From Candidatus Poribacteria bacterium (GTDB lineage: Bacteria; Poribacteria; WGA-4E; JAJDTR01): a stretch of DNA of 64,000 nt. This document shows positions 59,201 through 64,000 of the stretch, in pieces. Below the pieces are notes generated by a model. The model made no database searches. It was given only the letters and a program-made list of their open reading frames with translations, and had not been told where the DNA came from. Each line of letters starts with the position of its first letter. Within the stretch, counting starts at the first letter, position 1. The translations under genes and the position numbers were made by a program. The stretch is taken from contig CBDCTK010000002.1 in NCBI GenBank assembly GCA_965222225.1, positions 1,376,001 through 1,440,000 of the forward strand. The letters are read 5' to 3'.

Positions 59201-60867
59201 ACGGTTTGAACTGGGACAGCATGCAGCATTTGCGCTAGTAATTCTGCGTGCCATTTGGAAGCCTCTTTTTGTGCTGTTAACCGTGGGTCGCCGTGAAATA
59301 CAATCACATGCTGGCTTGCTAGTTCCCTGAGATTCGGAAAGACTTCATTAGGGCGATTTGGAGCGCTGTTCGGCGGCGGCGGAATCTCAAGAATTTCTTC
59401 GTTTGGATTATCCAGTCGTTCCCATGCAGCACTGGAAGCATTTAATCTCCGAACCCACTGCGTGTTTCGGCAAATAAATTTACGAAACTTCCTAAAAGTA
59501 TTAGACTGTGCCAATGTTTCCGTCAGCCTACGCACCTTCTCGGCCGAGAAATTTCCTTTTTTCGCAAATCGGTTTAATGCGGGAATGACCAATGGCAATG
59601 TACCGGAAACGTACAGTTCATAGTTCCACTTTAGTCTAACATGGGTCTCGTTATTGACGGCGTCGGCGATTTCATCTTTAGGAATTTCAATGTCTGTTCG
59701 TCCCGCGTTGGGGAAGAAATACCCATGAAGCATAAGCGTAAAGTCCGATTTACCTTCACACGGTTGAGTTTCCTTTGGATCGCCGACGGGTAGAAATACC
59801 GCCTGCTGAATTCGCAGCGACCCTCTACTTTCTGCAGGTTTCTCCACAAAATAAGCAGCGCAGTGGGCATCGGCTTTCTCTTTGTTTTCTTGTTCTGCTC
59901 CGGATTCGCGATCCGTTGTGATGACTGTGGGCCAATAATTCGACTGGAGCAATCTGCAAAAGATGGGTAAATCTGCCATCATTTCAAATCCGATATACCG
60001 AACATTGATGGGCTCTGCGCAGGCTGTCACATTCATAGTACCTTGCATTGGGAGTTGTTCGCCGTGAGCAATCGTAGGAGTGTTCTGCTCAGAACCGCGA
60101 TACCGGCATCGAGTGGCTCCTTGGTCTAGATTTACTTGGAACAGCATTTCCAAGCTTCCATCCCTCCCGGTATTCCAAGCAGATACGGTCTCGAGGTTGC
60201 GCAGCAGTGGGAGGATTTCACTGATTTCAACTGCCAGATCCGATGGAAAAACTGACTCAAGCCCCTCACTCTCCTCACCTGGATAATTCTTGATGATGGA
60301 AGCCACCTTTTCGCAATGACGTTCTTGTCGGAGCGGCATCCATAAACAGAGCCAATGTGAAAAATTAGGTAATTCTAACGAACTTAAGCAGCCAATGATT
60401 GCTTGCCGCGTTTCGCGGGCGATTGATGATTTCTCATCCCATTCCCAATCCTCGTGAATTGGAGGCGTGTTGTCATACCACGGGTTCAGAATTAAAAAAG
60501 TGTCCTGCCCGGACCAGCAATAAAAAAATGCCTCACACAAGTGAAAGACGCTTTTCAAACCTAGTCCAAATTTTCCGATGGCGGCTCGATCCGACGCCTT
60601 GGCGCTAATCCCAATGCGCCTAATTCCATCTTGGTCTTTAGACGTAAATTCCCCGTCATTCACAACGAATAGCGCAGGACCAATAAGTAATGGGTGGGCA
60701 TTATCTGGAAAGCCTGGAAACCAACCGGTGTGCAGGCAAGATGCATTGGCGTCGTCTGCATTTTGCAACAACTCCTTAACAATCGGAAACCCTTCTTGAT
60801 ATCTATCACGTAGATCTCTGCGAATCTGGTCTATATCTGACAGTGGCGAATGCACAAATCCTTGCAA
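53260..60867 (-). CDS. 2535-aa protein with two sacsin-like GHKL (HSP90-type) ATPase modules
   Basis: KELLQNADDA...NDG...IGKFGLGLKSVF and EIFQNADDA...TGKFGLGFKSVF...EGTII; GAGGAGG SD before TTG. Confidence 0.88.
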   Translation of the reverse strand: MQGFVHSPLSDIDQIRRDLRDRYQEGFPIVKELLQNADDANASCLHTGWFPGFPDNAHPLLIGPALFVVNDGEFTSKDQDGIRRIGISAKASDRAAIGKFGLGLKSVFHLCEAFFYCWSGQDTFLILNPWYDNTPPIHEDWEWDEKSSIARETRQAIIGCLSSLELPNFSHWLCLWMPLRQERHCEKVASIIKNYPGEESEGLESVFPSDLAVEISEILPLLRNLETVSAWNTGRDGSLEMLFQVNLDQGATRCRYRGSEQNTPTIAHGEQLPMQGTMNVTACAEPINVRYIGFEMMADLPIFCRLLQSNYWPTVITTDRESGAEQENKEKADAHCAAYFVEKPAESRGSLRIQQAVFLPVGDPKETQPCEGKSDFTLMLHGYFFPNAGRTDIEIPKDEIADAVNNETHVRLKWNYELYVSGTLPLVIPALNRFAKKGNFSAEKVRRLTETLAQSNTFRKFRKFICRNTQWVRRLNASSAAWERLDNPNEEILEIPPPPNSAPNRPNEVFPNLRELASQHVIVFHGDPRLTAQKEASKWHAELLAQMLHAVPVQTVFGSRGMLKYLVEFLKDCTEDARSGVFDVLQQLISQAFATVDLGQLRGNRSEIKNYLALLGNSSCFPLPKNLSGEVFQRLFQLELRVLLVPEDLIPEEPHQLLVESLCNKDALKILEFVPTLGENRELERPKQTLVQQVIKASHWDKICEQCNSLMIFTAYDCRSESDVSISLSQLRELKHEGMLFTGRSTSTQAKYLQQALHRESVYLIPTERETLTTLGLDDITPCNEGACLQVLQSKPALNRPSERVNLLNALLPKIEGIPEHKETVRYLIHAHPSDDNLPLFMEASTGQELWPRIAHQVLRTRDEEWRVIDNVLGNRIAPQFWQPLGIHEFGADGIAKLILEVGPERVDCTIFSIDERQQILREMNNIEVLRRLNIYDNVNGNPVRINPEQSYWQDDFPIEEIPKENITILRRLPKPISWKQERLLNQFLNAEAAIRIVLETENPHQHWRLILDALNCRENILAASELNQKLRAVKWLPIDAGRPPQDVIYLKDMEDEIARIVAQFGDSFVDVSMLPEEFRAHPGYKRKVQRIIPPRDDALEMLGEMMAEAEEYHIGDIDSEKLDIKVFIATFSQAPPQLMSACSMISHVLETFDDKVCREHLLPRLCQKLPIPRTVEILKFISERHEKNSTKKNKDGIHDIFNQYLNAATEGTEFRKVFEQIRLLSRDGNWKSPAELCLDSEGIHPDDLLDEKQSEVLIDRVQASRNRGRTQSHELLPLQGNEEQKFNESAARLEQYFDAWEGTVPNEVIGGFLSLLGNHPRLLELSEQYLGNRTVDRFRSQLDRYWEITPYSSAVGANENIHETLKKQRFLVEVFEDGTVKVTNLLGLSFHARIEQKEFDSLFVGSANEQFRYKTGMNYRVNRIGLRLVQPDRLQRHLLLDFIKNSAGMLLDKVYKQTIQNLDEVFNDLAQSEQLDIKIAQNLLLDHAFFYVQQLEMHRVDDGLSTALQKWDEARRLRREAEHTGDPDRVDGAVEELQLEQQELQNLIQSDEAAQHSLLTAVRRKIWQYQYTPQCVPFEIFQNADDAVVELFEMYGDSPSENTDTTRFVIQQEDGKIAFIHWGRPINKFRSAHLDGRARGFHKDLEKMLILSNSDKTESPGNVTGKFGLGFKSVFLVTSKPRVASGQLGFEAMGGFFPKQLTGEPLRELQRQIEACQNDGKEGTIISIQAEECSVQEFLKDFWDVVHFIPVFARKIRRCEWIKNGQPRSWEWNEERLGPSQRICVGELQPMSDGQWGRQTVVVFRASQGDLLVATLLVALDVHGVVKLEKSVPTVWVTVPTKEKCDFGFIVNGSFDLDVGRAQLARDSRKNRDVADSIGREIGDSLIELFNEADRDWDDFCANLDLAVDTDRYEFWHSLWRLFSKVTPERPTNDGDASQLIRRILWNSSNHGMGRLFQQRSAVPSGLWGDYKTLTKRDEIKFKTVGVLDTDESVFCQASQWSQFQQQIKPGHVVSDEQIASILMNLLPHEMVNLQKVKLCDLVQWELGTDVCVDALQASRLGALITREFLNDLNSGNRNQRDEYDELVGLLSNVRFQGSDGVFHIAADLLVKGEGADNPDEPRRAAFAPDNRLLADDYTGSALEFFKACRSGLNAPPELMAEWAVEALHQQARLNVLKYLLMGQLRREVSSEILERIEGTWLRNLATSPLLTDHFDRYDQSIILGELRRIAPPIYPPNGNDADEPRPPDPTVLHRIYEWWILDERSHISRYEESVYGDFRLQLSNQPDWEDSQTRENWLTLFMLGALHTMGRAKPEQHRSFIALWRQNRWLQIVADPQKNLQSWVEIVVDFLDQPGETIQFFNWMRQFASIVQFAYWLEDYGEAFSQIDRLNDDFPLTDITRLQYSSQSQGSDLDAPSIDRTLGIGACFVVRELMRLGVLSSEHVRPHCYAPVGRVSQLLNSIGCQGLDSDAPQRWKQSVTIYEFLCEHLGEQEATFKGAFDIPFLIIAGNQKLQQRFFGSNVSQDEGIEENNE

Positions 60868-61036
60868 GAGTTATTCCTCCTCATCGAACGATGAAATACC
60901 GACCGAATTGAAACTCGAGTCTCAAATCAATACTAACTGGAGCTTAACTTCACTACGAGCAATGACCCATGGTGCTCTTCCTTTCGTGGCGAATTCAGAA
61001 CAGAATCATGCCAGTCCGCATACATGTTCATTCCAT

Positions 61037-63280
61037 CTATCTCATAATTACCATTTTCTTCGATGCACGATAATCTCCCGCCTGAAAATGGTAATAGTAA
61101 GTGCCGTTGGCTACCGGTTCTCCCTCATCGTTTTTGCCATCCCAATACACAGCAGAACCACGAGTGGTGTATTCGCCACGGTTTCGAGCGTCCGCCTGAA
61201 GTGTTCGGATACGGTTGCCATCAACACTGTGAATTGAGATTTTCACATCCGTGTTGTCAATAAGTTGATAAGGTATCCACGTCTCAGATTTGAAGGGATT
61301 TGGAAAGTTGGCAAATACTTCTGTGCTGTCCACTATCGGGTCAGCTACTTCGGTAGGTTCGGAAGTGGTTTCGGAACTTGATAATGAAAATGTATAGGAG
61401 TAAAAGCCTGAAGTGCCAGCAGCGATCAGTTGATTCATCTGCCCGGGAATTAGACCGATTGCGGAGAAATTCAGGTTTTTGAGACCGTTGTTCATTTCAA
61501 CCCAATTATCTCCCGAATCGGCAGAATAGTAAATGCCGCCGCCGCCGGTTGCAACGAATAGATAATTAGGATCCCACGGGGCAATCACAAGATCAAGAAT
61601 CTTATGTTCACCAAGACCCCGATTAATCTGCTGCCAAGACTCACCGCCGTCCAAACTCCTGTAAATACCGCTCCCATGCGTGCCCACATAAACACAATCC
61701 GAACAAGTTGGATCGGTTGCCAGAGCTAGTACTGCGTGCTCCAACTCAAGCACCACCTCCCAAGTCACTCCCCCGTCAAGCGTGCGTAGAACAGCGAGCC
61801 CCTCATAGGCATATGCCGTTATCCCCCAGGTTCCGACATAGATGATATCAGGATTTTGAGGATTGACAGCGATTTCCCAAATCGCATAGCGATTCAGTCC
61901 AGTTGGCTGCCAACTTTCCCCAGCGTCCTCACTGCGGTAAAGTCCAATATATTCAGTGCCCGCATATATTCGGTTCTGATTTGTCGGATCAATCAATAGG
62001 CTAGTGACAATTCCGGCATCAAGTCCCTGATTAATCGCACGCCACGTCCTACCGGAGTCCTCACTTAAGAAAATACCCGCCCCGTCCGAGGCTGCATAAA
62101 TTCGATTCGGATGGCCTGGCGAAATAGCCAGGTCAATTGTCGTCTTATTGGTTATTCCCGAATCTGACAGATGCCAATTCCTTCCTTCGTCTCTTGTGAC
62201 ATATAACCCAGCCCCCCAAGTGGTTGCAACCATCATGCGCGAATCTGCCGGGTTTATGGCGAAACTGCTGATATTGATATTGGTCAACCCCTCATTCCAC
62301 AGGATCCACGCGTCAGATATCGTTTTGCGAAACACGCCCGCACCCCAGGTGCCCACCAAAAGGCCCGTCGCCAACGGCTCAATCGAGCGAACATCGAACT
62401 GTAAAAGCGCGAATTCGCTTTCCCAAGTATTTCCACGGTCACGGCTAATGAAAAATCCTGCGCGCGCGCCGGCGTATACGAGGTCCGGGTTTCGAGGGTC
62501 AACCTCAAGGACTCGGATGGAGCCGTAAGGGTATGTCTTGGGTATTCCAGAATTAATCGGCTCCCAACTTTCACCCATATCACGGCTACGAAAAATGCCA
62601 TGATCGTATGTCCCCGCGTACCACATATCTGTCATAGGCTGATACGCTAGACAACGAATCTTCCTTGAGGAAATCCCAGAATTAACCGGGGTCCAGCGTG
62701 TGCCTCCGTCCTCACTCTTAAACACACCTCCTCCCGTGGTCGCCGCGAAGATGATATTTTCATGCTCAGAATGGAACTCAACAGTGCGAATTAGAGTGGC
62801 GTTTTCAAGCCCTTGATTCCTGAGTTCCCAGGTCACCCCTCGATCACGGCTGATTGCGATCTCATTGTAGTATGCTACTAAACATATCAAATTAGGGAAC
62901 TTGGGGTGCCACTCTATGTCAAGTATGCTGTCTTTGGTAAATCGATTCGTCTTTGCCCACGTGAGCCCAGCGTTGTGACTGACATGTAACCCGTTTGATT
63001 GCAGCCCCGCAAAGATTGTACCAGGCACTTGCGGGTGAATTGCCAACGCATTAACAGTGAGATTCCGTAAACCAATCTGTTTCCAGTTTGCACAGGCTAC
63101 TTCCCGCCGGAAGACACCATCTCCTCGTGTACCAGCATAGACATAAAGGTCGTTTGAAACCATCGCCCTGACAACACCGCCATATATTGGTCCAAGCGGT
63201 GCCCAACGGTCAATGTCCGCGTAAGCACTGGCCATAAATCCGAACAAAATTCCAATTACAAAACCAAATCCCCTTCTCAT
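61037..63280 (-). CDS. Secreted BNR/Asp-box beta-propeller protein with FlgD-Ig/T9SS-like C-terminal domain
   Basis: Signal peptide (..AYA); many S/T-x-D-x-G-x-x-W repeats; NFPNPFKSETWIPYQL...WDGKNDEGEPVANGTYYY...KKMVIMR. Confidence 0.85.
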   Translation of the reverse strand: MRRGFGFVIGILFGFMASAYADIDRWAPLGPIYGGVVRAMVSNDLYVYAGTRGDGVFRREVACANWKQIGLRNLTVNALAIHPQVPGTIFAGLQSNGLHVSHNAGLTWAKTNRFTKDSILDIEWHPKFPNLICLVAYYNEIAISRDRGVTWELRNQGLENATLIRTVEFHSEHENIIFAATTGGGVFKSEDGGTRWTPVNSGISSRKIRCLAYQPMTDMWYAGTYDHGIFRSRDMGESWEPINSGIPKTYPYGSIRVLEVDPRNPDLVYAGARAGFFISRDRGNTWESEFALLQFDVRSIEPLATGLLVGTWGAGVFRKTISDAWILWNEGLTNINISSFAINPADSRMMVATTWGAGLYVTRDEGRNWHLSDSGITNKTTIDLAISPGHPNRIYAASDGAGIFLSEDSGRTWRAINQGLDAGIVTSLLIDPTNQNRIYAGTEYIGLYRSEDAGESWQPTGLNRYAIWEIAVNPQNPDIIYVGTWGITAYAYEGLAVLRTLDGGVTWEVVLELEHAVLALATDPTCSDCVYVGTHGSGIYRSLDGGESWQQINRGLGEHKILDLVIAPWDPNYLFVATGGGGIYYSADSGDNWVEMNNGLKNLNFSAIGLIPGQMNQLIAAGTSGFYSYTFSLSSSETTSEPTEVADPIVDSTEVFANFPNPFKSETWIPYQLIDNTDVKISIHSVDGNRIRTLQADARNRGEYTTRGSAVYWDGKNDEGEPVANGTYYYHFQAGDYRASKKMVIMR

Positions 63281-63480
63281 TTCCTTGTCTCCGGTTCTCT
63301 AAATCTCAAGATTGGATATTCAAGATAGATATGTATAAACGCGTAAGTAGCATAGTGAGATTCCTCCTGTTACTCTTTTGCTAGCCAATCAACACACAAG
63401 GAGCGGCAAGATAGAATTCTTTAAATATTCTGCCACAACTCCCAATGTTAAGCAAGGTAAAGTCGTATCTTGCTTTTGGC

Positions 63481-63510
63481 TTGACGTAAATGCTTTAGGT
63501 TTGTTATCCT
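63481..63510 (+). promoter_or_regulatory. Sigma70-type promoter of the Rieske ferredoxin gene
   Basis: TTGACG-N18-TATCCT with TG extension. Confidence 0.5.
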
Positions 63511-63562
63511 TAATTTAGGAAATTATCGATGCTGGCAATGCTTCATAATGGGGGAGATACGG

Positions 63563-63868
63563 ATGCCAAACTACGTAACGGTTGCCAAAATCTCTGATAT
63601 TCGATCAGGACGCGGTAAAGCATTCACGTTCAAAGGGCGCCGAATTGCGGTCTTCAACGATGACGGAGATTTCTGCGCTTTGAGCAATATTTGCGCCCAT
63701 GCAATGGGATCACTTGGAAGGGGTCGAGTTAGAAATGGGGTAGTCGTTTGTCCAATTCACGGCTATACATACGACGCCAAGACGGGTGTGTGTCAAACTG
63801 ATGCACGATTGCGAGTCGAAGCGTATGAGGTCATGGTCGAAGATGGTGAAGTCAAAATTATGGAGTAA
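63563..63868 (+). CDS. Rieske-type ferredoxin (NirD/dioxygenase ferredoxin-like)
   Basis: CAH and CPIH; GGAG SD favours ATG 63563 over 63548. Confidence 0.85.
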   Translation: MPNYVTVAKISDIRSGRGKAFTFKGRRIAVFNDDGDFCALSNICAHAMGSLGRGRVRNGVVVCPIHGYTYDAKTGVCQTDARLRVEAYEVMVEDGEVKIME

Positions 63869-63944
63869 GAAAAAGGTGGCTCTTCAGAGTTAAGTGTGGA
63901 AATGGAATTAACTTAGGACTTACGAAGTGACGCATCCAAAGGAT

Positions 63945-64000
63945 TGTAGGAGCAATCTCCGAATCGCCACCTCCTATCGCGAGCAAAACTCGCTCCTACA
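63945..64000. repeat. Inverted GTAG-type REP pair (REPIN-like)
   Basis: TGTAGGAGC...GCTCCTACA terminal inverted arms with internal GCGAG-n5-CTCGC hairpin. Confidence 0.6.

Noticed and set aside
7404-62601. Many 60-190-aa ORFs antisense or out of frame within long genes
   Set aside because: Shadow ORFs of well-supported genes, without motifs
1-64000. CRISPR array, tRNA, rRNA or known riboswitch
   Set aside because: No regularly spaced repeats or tRNA/rRNA signatures seen by eye in the intergenic regions; an Rfam scan was not possible

Overview
A 64-kb bacterial chromosomal window, probably from Candidatus Poribacteria or a relative; this is inferred from two C-terminal sorting-like motifs on secreted proteins. 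The core is a minus-strand dcw cluster (rsmH-ftsL-ftsI-murE-murF-mraY-murD-ftsW-murG-murC-[1.24-kb non-coding gap]-ftsA-ftsZ-radical SAM) lacking mraZ, murB, ddl and ftsQ. Three apparently identical 1249-bp IS1595-family copies each have their own 8-bp target duplication: one lies upstream of a TsdA-like cytochrome, one duplicates the mraY start codon, and one splits glgC. Other genes include mutL, hisB, a TauD dioxygenase, xylulokinase, a ketose 3-epimerase, an M2/M3 peptidase, an MtaA/CmuA methyltransferase and an acyP-mocA-coxD-coxE module. Best candidates for novel biology: (1) a coupled pair of a 2535-aa double sacsin-like GHKL ATPase and a SNF2 helicase (putative defence system); (2) a Rieske/cytochrome b operon with no c-type subunit, preceded by a lipoprotein fusing a degenerate FMN-binding domain to a cytochrome b562-like bundle; (3) a hairpin separating the ftsZ Shine-Dalgarno from its ATG by 43 nt; (4) a G-U-rich two-state hairpin in the murC-ftsA gap and a perfect 28-bp palindrome beside an extended -10 promoter. 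No CRISPR array, tRNA or rRNA was seen. All family calls come from motif recognition by eye, with no database searches.
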